Shown here: piece after piece, positions 13,695 through 21,797 of the stretch
Position numbering within the stretch: position 1 is the first letter of the stretch
How the letters are laid out: each line of letters begins with the position of its first letter
Assembly (NCBI GenBank): GCA_965228735.1
Contig: OZ245838.1
Location: forward strand, 5,760,001-5,824,000
Direction: 5' to 3'
Source: Planctomycetota bacterium
GTDB lineage: Bacteria; Planctomycetota; UBA1135; UBA2386
DNA length: 64,000 nucleotides
Program-made: the position numbers and the translations under genes
The notes under the pieces: model-generated
Told to the model about the DNA's origin: nothing
Databases searched by the model: none
What the model saw: only the letters and a program-made list of their open reading frames with translations

Positions 13695-14575
13695 CAGATC
13701 CTCGGCGTCGTCGCGAGCGCGCGTTCGAAGAAGTCCGTCATCTCGAGCTCGTCGCAGAGCTCGCGCAGCGCTTCGGCATCGACGCCGCGCCAGGCGAGGT
13801 CGTCGAGACCCTCGGCCAGCGGCACGTCGAGGCGCAGCGTCGCGAGTGTGCGGTAGAGCTCCGCGTCCTCGAACGCGCCGAACAGGTTGTCCGCGAGTCT
13901 CGCGGCGCCGCGGATGCCGGCCGGCCACTCCGCGATGTCGCGCGGGATCGCGTCGAGATGCGACACCGCCGCGAGCATCCGCGCCGTCGATTTCGCCCCC
14001 CAACCCGGAATGCCGGGGATGCCGTCGGCGTCGTCGCCGACGAGCGCGAGGTAGTCGGGGATCGACCGCGGCGCGACGCCGAACTTCGCGACGACGTCGG
14101 GCTCCGCGAGCGTCACCTTCTTCTTGCGGTCGCGCATGACGATCCGATCGCCGCGCACGCACTGCGCCATGTCCTTGTCGGGCGAGCAGATCACGACCTG
14201 GCTCACGCGTTCGTCCTCCCCGAACCGCGCGGCTGCGGCGGCGAGCGCGTCGTCCGTCTCGAACTCGATCATCGACCACGTGACGATGCCGAGCGCCTTG
14301 GTCGCGCGTTCGGCGAGCGGGAACTGCGCCCACAGCTCGGGCTCCAGCCCCTCGCCGGTCTTGTAGCCGTCGAACAGATCGTTGCGGAACGACTCGACCG
14401 TCGTGTCGTACGCGGCCGCGACGTGGGTGACATCGGGTTCGCGCAGGAGAGACAACAACGTCCGCAGCAGCCCGCGGACCGCGCCGACCTCGACCCCGGC
14501 CGCGGTCTGCGCCTCGGGCGCGCCGTAGCGGTTGCGGAAGAGCTCGTAGGTCCCGTCGACGAGATGAACGTGCAT
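13694..14575 (-). CDS. stand-alone 5'-3' exonuclease / flap endonuclease (PolA N-terminal-like)
   Basis: VHLVDGTYELFR, SFRNDLFDGYK, FETDDALA, SPDKDMAQ, DYLALVGDDADGIPGIPGWGAKST (H3TH motif). Confidence 0.92.
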   Translation of the reverse strand: MHVHLVDGTYELFRNRYGAPEAQTAAGVEVGAVRGLLRTLLSLLREPDVTHVAAAYDTTVESFRNDLFDGYKTGEGLEPELWAQFPLAERATKALGIVTWSMIEFETDDALAAAAARFGEDERVSQVVICSPDKDMAQCVRGDRIVMRDRKKKVTLAEPDVVAKFGVAPRSIPDYLALVGDDADGIPGIPGWGAKSTARMLAAVSHLDAIPRDIAEWPAGIRGAARLADNLFGAFEDAELYRTLATLRLDVPLAEGLDDLAWRGVDAEALRELCDELEMTDFFERALATTPRI

Positions 14576-14665
14576 GAACGAGGCTGATGGCTTGGGTGTG
14601 GGCCGCGGAACTGGTTGGCGGGCCGGAAGATCCGAACCCTACCGGTGGCCCGGGTGGTCAGCAGG

Positions 14666-14720
14666 GCTTTGCAATGCAAAGCGAAAACGGTAGGCTGGCC
14701 GGGGCTTTGGATCGCAAAGC
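14666..14720. promoter_or_regulatory. two 17-bp palindromic operators GCTTTG-N5-CAAAGC
   Basis: GCTTTGCAATGCAAAGC (14666-14682) and GCTTTGGATCGCAAAGC (14704-14720) in the divergent intergenic region. Confidence 0.7.
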
Positions 14721-14770
14721 TTCTGGCCTGGCAACCCGGAGCAGGCCCCCGAGACCCCGAGGACGACGGC

Positions 14771-15448
14771 ATGACCGAGAACGACCCGACCCCGACCGAG
14801 ACCCCGACCCCGGCGCCGATTCCCGTGCCCGAGCCACCTCCGGAACCAGCCGAACCGTTCGCCGTCGCGGACCTGCGCGCGGCGCTGATCCGACCCGGTC
14901 ATCTGCTCGACGTGGTCCTCGGCGAACGCGGTCGGCTCGTGTCGACCGTGCGCGTCGGCGGGACCCTCGCGGCACTCATCGGGGTCTTGATGCTGTGCAG
15001 CGTGGTCGGCGCCATGCCGTTCGGCACCGTCGATGGACTCGGGCGGGTGATGCATGCGGCCGTGCTGTTCCTCGGCTCGGTGCTGATCTGCTTCCCGGCG
15101 CTCGCGGTTTTCAGCTCGTACCTCGGAGTGAAGCTGCCGCTCGGGCAGAGCCTCGCGATCGCGCTCGTGATCCCGGCGGCGGCGGCGTTGTTCCTGCTCG
15201 GGTTCTTCCCGATCTACTGGTTCCTCGACGTCACGATGCCGCGGGACGGCGCGGTGACGGGAACGACGATCCGGATCGTGCTGCTCGTCGCGACCCTGCT
15301 GCTCGCCCTCGCGCACTGCCATCGGTGTCTGTTCCACGACCATACGCTGCGCCTGCTGCGGGCGAGTCGGGCGCTGTGGATCGGTTGGCAGGTCGTCCTC
15401 GTGTTCATGACGTGGCGGATGGCGCTGTCGCTCGGGTTGCTCGAATGA
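14771..15448 (+). CDS. integral membrane protein (about 5 TM, Yip1-like)
   Basis: GAGGA RBS; PT-rich N-terminus, then several hydrophobic helices, including LGSVLICFPALAVF. Confidence 0.7.
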   Translation: MTENDPTPTETPTPAPIPVPEPPPEPAEPFAVADLRAALIRPGHLLDVVLGERGRLVSTVRVGGTLAALIGVLMLCSVVGAMPFGTVDGLGRVMHAAVLFLGSVLICFPALAVFSSYLGVKLPLGQSLAIALVIPAAAALFLLGFFPIYWFLDVTMPRDGAVTGTTIRIVLLVATLLLALAHCHRCLFHDHTLRLLRASRALWIGWQVVLVFMTWRMALSLGLLE

Positions 15449-16071
15449 TCCGCTCGCTTGCGTTGCTCGTCCTGTCGGCCGCGGCCTACGGTTTCGCGAT
15501 CGGTTCGGCCAACAGCTGGCTCTACGCGACGCGCAACCTCGTGAAGTTCCCGCTGCTCATCCTCACGACGGCCGCCGTGTGCGCGTTGTCCTACGCGGTG
15601 CTCGCGCGGTTCCTCGGCACGCGGCTGCCGTTCACTGTCGTGCAGCGCATCGTGCTCGCGATCTTCCGCGACGTGGCCGTTCTGCTCGCGAGCCTCGTGC
15701 CGGCCGTGTTCTTCCTCGCGATGACGTTCGCGCGGCCGCGGGGGCGCGATCTCGGTGAGTATCCGCTCTTTCAGGGGCTCAACGTCGGCGCGATCGCAGG
15801 CTGCGGCATGCTCGCCGTGATCGTTCGCGCGCGCCAGCTGCGGCACGAACACGACCTCTCTGCCGCGCGCCGCGCACTCCTCGTCGGCAGCTGGATGTTC
15901 GTCTCGTTGCTCGTCGGCGGTCAGGTGTGTTGGTACATGCGGCCGTTCTTCGGCATCACGGGACCGGGGGCCGTGCCGCCGTTCTTCGCCGGGATGCGGC
16001 CCGACTTCCGCGGGGCGCGGAGCTTCTACGAGGCGGTCTACAATCTCGTCGTGCCGCCCGAGGGCTGGTAG
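15445..16071 (+). CDS. integral membrane protein (Yip1-like), paralog-like partner of the upstream gene
   Basis: ATGA overlap with the upstream gene; KFPLLIL.T..VC and W.FV..LVGGQVCWYMRPFFG...SFYEAV resemble a conserved uncharacterised membrane family. Confidence 0.7.
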   Translation: MIRSLALLVLSAAAYGFAIGSANSWLYATRNLVKFPLLILTTAAVCALSYAVLARFLGTRLPFTVVQRIVLAIFRDVAVLLASLVPAVFFLAMTFARPRGRDLGEYPLFQGLNVGAIAGCGMLAVIVRARQLRHEHDLSAARRALLVGSWMFVSLLVGGQVCWYMRPFFGITGPGAVPPFFAGMRPDFRGARSFYEAVYNLVVPPEGW

Positions 16072-16121
16072 TTCACGCTGATTGGCGTGGAACGCGCCGC
16101 GGGCGCCATACTCTGCGCGTC

Positions 16122-17819
16122 ATGCGTTCCTTCGCTGCAGTGCTCTCGTTCGCAGTCCTCGCGACGCCGGTCGTGGTGCCAGGTCAAGCCAGTGTCGAGC
16201 AGAGCGGCTCCGTTCAGGCCGCCCCGCAGATCGAACGTCAGCGCCCCAACGTCATCTGGCTGTCCGTCGAGGACATGAGCCCGTGGCTGCCGTGCTACGG
16301 CGACGAAACGGTGAAGACGCCCAACATCGACCGGTTCGCGCGCGAGGGGGTGCGCTTCCGGCACGCGTTCGCGACCTCGCCGGTCTGTGCGCCGGCGCGC
16401 TCGTCGCTGATCACGGGCTGCTACGCGACGCGCATCGGCACGATGCAGATGCGCAACAACTCGCCCAGCAAGGCGGCGATCGCGAAGGACCCCGAGGCCT
16501 ACAAGGACATCCCGGGCTACGAGGGCGTGCCGCCCGCGTTCGTCCGCTGCTTCCCCGAGATCCTGCGCGCGCACGGCTACTACTGCACCAACGCGAGCAA
16601 GAAGGACTACCAGTTCAAGGAACCCGGTACTGTCTGGGACGTGTCGAGCGGCAAGGCCCATTGGCGCAATCGGGCGCCGGGGCAACCGTTCTTCGCGGTG
16701 TTCAACCACACGGGAACGCACGAGAGTCGCGCGTTTCCGAACGTGAAGCGCGCGCCGAGCGTCGTCGATCCGAAGGCGGTGCCGCTGCCGCCGTTCTACC
16801 CCGATACCCCCGCGGTGCGCGACGCGGTGGCGCGCACCTACGACAACATCGCCCGGATGGACGAGTGGGTCGGGCGCCAGCTGGACGCGCTAGAGGAGGC
16901 TGGATTGCTCGACAACACGATCGTGATGTTCTTCAGCGATCACGGGGTCGGGCTGCCGCGCGGCAAGCGCTCCTCCTACGACACGGGCACGCGCGTGCCG
17001 TTGCTCGTGCGCTTCCCGGACGGGACCGGTGCCGGCACGACCGACGACCGGGTCGTGCAGTTCATCGATTTCGGCCCGACGGTGCTGTCGCTCTGCGGCA
17101 TCGATCCGGATCCGCGGCTCGACGGGCAGCCGTTCTGCGGCGCGTTCGACCGGCTCGATCGCGGCTTCGCGTTCAGCCACAGCGATCGGTTCGATTCGGT
17201 CTACGACCGGCAGCGCAGCGTGACCGACGGGCGCTTCCGCTACGTGCGCAACTACGTCACGGATCTGCCGTATCTGATTCCCAACGCGTACCGCGAGCGC
17301 CTGCTCCTGACCGCCGATCTCTACGCGCTGCGCGACGCGGACCCGGCGGACGTGACACCCGCGCAATGGCAGATGGCCGCGAAGGTGCGCCCGTTCGAGG
17401 AGCTCTACGACTCGGCGAACGATCCTTGGGAGGTGCAGAACCTCGCCGGGGAGCCGGCGCACCGCGACGAGCTCGTGCGGCTGCGGGCCGCGCTCGATGG
17501 CTGGATCGAGGCCACGGGCGACCTCGGCTTCGTGCTGCCGGAGTCGCGCCTCGTGCGCGAGAACATCTGGCCGCCCGACGGCGTGCAGCCGACGACGCCG
17601 GCCGCGGAGGCCGCGACCGACGGCGGCCGCGTCACGCTGCGCTGTTCGGACCCGGGCGCGTCGATCGGCTATCGCGAGACGGCCGTCGCGGGCAAGAACC
17701 GCGGGCCGTGGACGGTCTATACGGGGCCGTTCGAGGCCGCGGTCGGAACGAAGCTCGAGCTGCTCACGCACCGCATCGGTCACAAGCGCACGTTGGTGCG
17801 ATTCACCGTCGGTTCGTAA
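16122..17819 (+). CDS. formylglycine-dependent sulfatase (S1), secreted
   Basis: RPNVIWLSVED, VCAPARSSLITG (CxPxR), FFSDHG, signal peptide. Confidence 0.93.
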   Translation: MRSFAAVLSFAVLATPVVVPGQASVEQSGSVQAAPQIERQRPNVIWLSVEDMSPWLPCYGDETVKTPNIDRFAREGVRFRHAFATSPVCAPARSSLITGCYATRIGTMQMRNNSPSKAAIAKDPEAYKDIPGYEGVPPAFVRCFPEILRAHGYYCTNASKKDYQFKEPGTVWDVSSGKAHWRNRAPGQPFFAVFNHTGTHESRAFPNVKRAPSVVDPKAVPLPPFYPDTPAVRDAVARTYDNIARMDEWVGRQLDALEEAGLLDNTIVMFFSDHGVGLPRGKRSSYDTGTRVPLLVRFPDGTGAGTTDDRVVQFIDFGPTVLSLCGIDPDPRLDGQPFCGAFDRLDRGFAFSHSDRFDSVYDRQRSVTDGRFRYVRNYVTDLPYLIPNAYRERLLLTADLYALRDADPADVTPAQWQMAAKVRPFEELYDSANDPWEVQNLAGEPAHRDELVRLRAALDGWIEATGDLGFVLPESRLVRENIWPPDGVQPTTPAAEAATDGGRVTLRCSDPGASIGYRETAVAGKNRGPWTVYTGPFEAAVGTKLELLTHRIGHKRTLVRFTVGS

Positions 17820-17846
17820 CGGCGCCCGCGGCTATCTTGCCGCGCG

Positions 17847-19355
17847 ATGGCCTCGCTTCGTTCGCTCGGTGTTCTCGTCCTCGCTGCGCTCCTGCCGACC
17901 TGCGCCTCGGCGCCCGACCGTGGTCCCGCGCGGCCGCACATCGTCGTCATCGTGGCCGACGACCTCGGCTTCATGGACATCCGCGCGAACAACCCGTTCG
18001 CGCTCTACGAGACGCCCAACCTCGATCGGCTCGCCGCGAGCGGCGTGCGATTCACCGACGGCTACGCGTCGTGCCCGGTGTGTTCGCCGACGCGCTACAG
18101 TCTGATGACGGGGAAGTACCCGACGCGCGCGGCGGCTACGAATTACTTCTCCGGCCGCCGCGCCGCGACCTACCGGCCCGCGACGTTCCACGACGTGATG
18201 CCGCTCGCGGAGGTGACGGTCGCAGAAGTGCTGCGGGAGCACGGCTACGCGACGTTCTTCGCGGGCAAGTGGCACCTCGGCCCGACCGAGGAGTTCTGGC
18301 CCGAGGCGCAAGGCTTCGACCGAAACCGCGGCGGTCACCAGCGCGGCGGTCCATACGGCGGCAAGCGGTACTTCTCGCCCTACGGCAACCCGCGGCTCGA
18401 GGACGGTCCGGACGGGGAGCACCTGCCGGATCGGCTCGCGCGCGAGGCGTGTGCGTTCCTCGCCGAGCAGCACGCCGCGGGGCGGCCGGCGCTCACGTGG
18501 CTGTCGTTCTACTCCGTGCACACCCCGCTCATGGGGCGACCCGATCTCGTTGCGAAGTACGCGGCGCGCGTGAGCGAGCTGCGCGAGGACGGCGCCGACG
18601 AGTTCGCGCCGGAAGAACAGGTCCTGCCGAACGGCAAGCCGCGGCGCGTCCGCGTGCTGCAGCGGCACGCGGTGTATGCGGCGATGGTGGAGGCGATGGA
18701 CGAGGCCGTCGGCAAGGTCCTCGATCAGCTCGACTCGCTCGGCATCGCGGACGAGACGATCGTCGTGTTCACCTCGGACAACGGCGGGCTGTCGACGTCG
18801 GAGGGCATGCCGACGAGCAACCTGCCGCTGCGCGGCGGCAAGGGCTGGCTCTACGAAGGCGGCATCCGCGAACCGTGGCTCGTGCGCGCGCCCGGTGTGC
18901 TGCCGGGTTCGATCTGCGACGTGCCGATCAGCAGCATCGACCTGCTGCCGACGCTGCTGCAGTTCGCCGGGCTGCCCGTTGCAGAGCACGGCATCGACGG
19001 GCGCAGCTTCGTCGACGTCGTGCGGCCGGGTGGCGTGGTGGGCGCGCGGGCGCAGCTCGCGAATCGCCCGCTGTTCTGGCACTACCCGCACTACGGCAAC
19101 CAGGGCGGCTTCCCCGGCAGCGCGATCCGACTCGGGCGGCACAAGCTGATCCAGCGGCTCGAGGACGGTCGCGTGCACCTGTACGATCTCGCGGCCGACC
19201 CGGGTGAGCGCAACGACCTCGCCGAGCAGCATCCGGAGCGGGTGACCGCGATGCGCCAGCAGCTGTTCGAGTTCTACGTCGAGCAGGACGCGCGCTTCCT
19301 GCGGCCGCGCAAGGACAAGACGCCGTGGCAGCCCGACCTCGACGGCCTACGGTAG
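17847..19355 (+). CDS. formylglycine-dependent sulfatase (S1), secreted
   Basis: RPHIVVIVADDLG, VCSPTRYSLMTG, GKWHLG, FTSDNGG, LRGGKGWLYEGGIREP. Confidence 0.95.
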   Translation: MASLRSLGVLVLAALLPTCASAPDRGPARPHIVVIVADDLGFMDIRANNPFALYETPNLDRLAASGVRFTDGYASCPVCSPTRYSLMTGKYPTRAAATNYFSGRRAATYRPATFHDVMPLAEVTVAEVLREHGYATFFAGKWHLGPTEEFWPEAQGFDRNRGGHQRGGPYGGKRYFSPYGNPRLEDGPDGEHLPDRLAREACAFLAEQHAAGRPALTWLSFYSVHTPLMGRPDLVAKYAARVSELREDGADEFAPEEQVLPNGKPRRVRVLQRHAVYAAMVEAMDEAVGKVLDQLDSLGIADETIVVFTSDNGGLSTSEGMPTSNLPLRGGKGWLYEGGIREPWLVRAPGVLPGSICDVPISSIDLLPTLLQFAGLPVAEHGIDGRSFVDVVRPGGVVGARAQLANRPLFWHYPHYGNQGGFPGSAIRLGRHKLIQRLEDGRVHLYDLAADPGERNDLAEQHPERVTAMRQQLFEFYVEQDARFLRPRKDKTPWQPDLDGLR

Positions 19356-21167
19356 CGCGCCCGCGGCGGTGGTGACTCCGGGCAGTTCGGGGCCGGAACG
19401 ACTGCGATGCGCGAGCATCAGCGCGCGCAGACAGAGCAATGCGAACAGCGCGGTCGCGATGAACATGCGCTCGCCGACGAGCAGCTCGAGCAACGACGGC
19501 GTCGGCAGCCCGATCGTGTGCACGAGCCGGTAGTGCTCGGCGCGCGCGAGCATCTTGAGTTGCGACTCGTCGGCGGGTTCTCGGTGGCCGCGCCGGGCCG
19601 AGTGTCGCAGGTAGGCCCGCACGTGCGACAGCGGCACGTCGCTCGGTGTGCCGACGCGCTCGATGATCGAGAGCGCGGTGCTCGTGGTGCTCGTCGACGG
19701 ATGATCGAACGCGGGTGGGCCGCCGAACCCGCCGGGGAACGCGTGCGTCGCGGCCCGCTCCTCGCTGATCCAACAGGCGCGCAGCAGCGCGTGCAGTTCA
19801 TCGGTACGCGCGGCGACGAGATCGTCGCGCCCGAGGTGTTCGAGCCATTGAATGCACAGCAAGGCGTCCGCGAGGCTGTCGTGTCGCGGTGTGCCTGGGT
19901 CGGGCCAACTCGCTTCCACGCGCCTCGTGACGTGCTCGACCTGCTGTGGCGTGAGTTCGAGCGTCGCGGCTGCGAGCCCGAGGAAGAAGGGGTCGAGGTG
20001 CGAACCGCGCAGCTTGCCGCTGTCGGAGAGCAGTGAGCGCAGGCGGAAGCGATTGAGGCGTTCGGTGGCGAAGCTCTGCCAATCGTCGCCGGTCAGGAGC
20101 CCGAGGCGGTGGGCGTGGCCGAGCACGAGCGTCGACGTCTCGGTGTCGCCCTTCGGGCCCTTCGGCTTCTGCAATTCGACCGCGAGGCGGTCGCGCACGG
20201 CGGCGAGATCGACGCCCGGTTCGCCGGCGTCGACGAGCACCTCGTGCATCGACGCCGCCGTGTCCCAGCCGGAGAGTTCGCTCGGGTCGAGCCGCGCGAC
20301 GACCGCCGCGAGCCGTTCCCGGATCGCACCCGGCTCGTCGCCTGGCAGCTCGAAGCGCAGCGCGCCCGGCAGGACGGCGACGATCACGACCATCGTGAGC
20401 GAGTAGAACTCGCGGCTCACCCAGAACGTGAACCCGCCGCACACCACGACGCCGATCACGAGCACCCAGCCGGCAGCGTGGTAGCCGAGCACCGAGCCGG
20501 CATCGAACACGCCGAAGATGCCGACGTGCACGACGCACCCGAGGAGCACGGCGAACTGCAGCGCGACGACGAAGTTGCCGACCTCGGCGACCCGGGCGCC
20601 GCGCGTGCGCACGAACTGCCCGAGGAAGAACGTGATCAGCGCCATGCCGGTAATTACGACCGCGAGGGCCGTGTCGATGACCGTCGCGGAGTCCGAGCCC
20701 TGGCGGAGGTCGAGGAACAGGAGACCGAGCGCGCTGCCGCCGATCGGAACGACCGCGAACAGCAGCATGAGCAGCGTCCGACGCAGCGCTTCGACGATCT
20801 TCGAGTGTTCGGGTTCGGTGGCCGCGCGTTCGACGCTCGCGTCGAGCTGCTGTGAGCTGCGGAAGAACATCGCGAACACGGCGAAGAGCGCGAGGACCGG
20901 CAGCGACAGCAGGGTCGCGAAGAAGCCGCCTTGATCGCCGCTCGACAGTCCGGGGAACAAGCCGGCCGCGCGCCGCCGCCACCGCGTCCACGTCGACGTG
21001 GACGCGCCGGGACCCGACCCCGGCCCGGCCGCCGCCGCGACGCGCGCGGCGACCCCGGCGGCGAACCGATCCGGATCAGCGCGGTGGCGGGAGAACAGCT
21101 CGTGCAGCTCGGCGCTCGCGACCATGTCGTCGGCGTCCTCGTACGGAGCGTGGTCGTCGTTCGTCAT
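19347..21167 (-). CDS. multi-pass membrane protein, putative anti-sigma factor / sensor
   Basis: GGAGG RBS; ATG overlaps the ECF stop; about 7 TM helices, a large soluble helical domain and one C-terminal TM. Confidence 0.6.
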   Translation of the reverse strand: MTNDDHAPYEDADDMVASAELHELFSRHRADPDRFAAGVAARVAAAAGPGSGPGASTSTWTRWRRRAAGLFPGLSSGDQGGFFATLLSLPVLALFAVFAMFFRSSQQLDASVERAATEPEHSKIVEALRRTLLMLLFAVVPIGGSALGLLFLDLRQGSDSATVIDTALAVVITGMALITFFLGQFVRTRGARVAEVGNFVVALQFAVLLGCVVHVGIFGVFDAGSVLGYHAAGWVLVIGVVVCGGFTFWVSREFYSLTMVVIVAVLPGALRFELPGDEPGAIRERLAAVVARLDPSELSGWDTAASMHEVLVDAGEPGVDLAAVRDRLAVELQKPKGPKGDTETSTLVLGHAHRLGLLTGDDWQSFATERLNRFRLRSLLSDSGKLRGSHLDPFFLGLAAATLELTPQQVEHVTRRVEASWPDPGTPRHDSLADALLCIQWLEHLGRDDLVAARTDELHALLRACWISEERAATHAFPGGFGGPPAFDHPSTSTTSTALSIIERVGTPSDVPLSHVRAYLRHSARRGHREPADESQLKMLARAEHYRLVHTIGLPTPSLLELLVGERMFIATALFALLCLRALMLAHRSRSGPELPGVTTAAGALP

Positions 21168-21694
21168 CGAACTCCTCCGGTCGTTCGCGCCGCGATCCGG
21201 TCGGTCGCGGTGCGCAGCGCGCGGCGGGCGTGGCAGAGGCGGCTCTCGACGGCCTTCGCGGTCACGTCGAGCAGCGCCGCGACCTCGCGCGTGCTCGCTT
21301 CTTCGAGATAGAACATGCGCAAGACGGTCTGGTGTTCCGGGCGCAGTTCCCGGAAGCCGTTGCGCAGCAGCTCCAGCCGGTCCTCGTCGAGGTCCGTCGC
21401 ATCGGCCGGCGCGGGCAGGTCGGCCGGCAGGGGCTGCTGCCGCCGGAACCGGCGGCGATGACCGTGCGCCAGGTTCTTCGCGATGCCGCGCAACCACGGC
21501 CCGACGATCGCGCTGTCCTCCGGATCGCCGCGCAGCCGCCCGCGACCGAGCCATGCCTCCGCGAACGTGTCCATCGCGAGCTCCTCGGCGGTGCCCCAGT
21601 CCGCGCCGAACGACGCGAGCAGGCCGACGAGCGGCCCGCGGAAGCGCGTGATCCAGCGTTCGAGCAGCGGGTCGAGGTCGGAGGCCATCGCCAT
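21164..21694 (-). CDS. ECF (sigma-70 family) RNA polymerase sigma factor
   Basis: AEELAMDTFAEAW..WLRGIAKN (region 2) and VLRMFYLEEASTREVAALLDVTAKAVESRLCHARRAL (region 4). Alternative start at 21688. Confidence 0.9.
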   Translation of the reverse strand: MAMASDLDPLLERWITRFRGPLVGLLASFGADWGTAEELAMDTFAEAWLGRGRLRGDPEDSAIVGPWLRGIAKNLAHGHRRRFRRQQPLPADLPAPADATDLDEDRLELLRNGFRELRPEHQTVLRMFYLEEASTREVAALLDVTAKAVESRLCHARRALRTATDRIAARTTGGVR

Positions 21695-21797
21695 CGCCCA
21701 GAGTTGTCCGGGGCGGGCCGAACCCCGCAGCCTTTCTGAGGTTTTTTGCCGGCGGTCGGTCGCGCGCCGGGTGACCGCCCCGTTCGATGCTGCGGTG

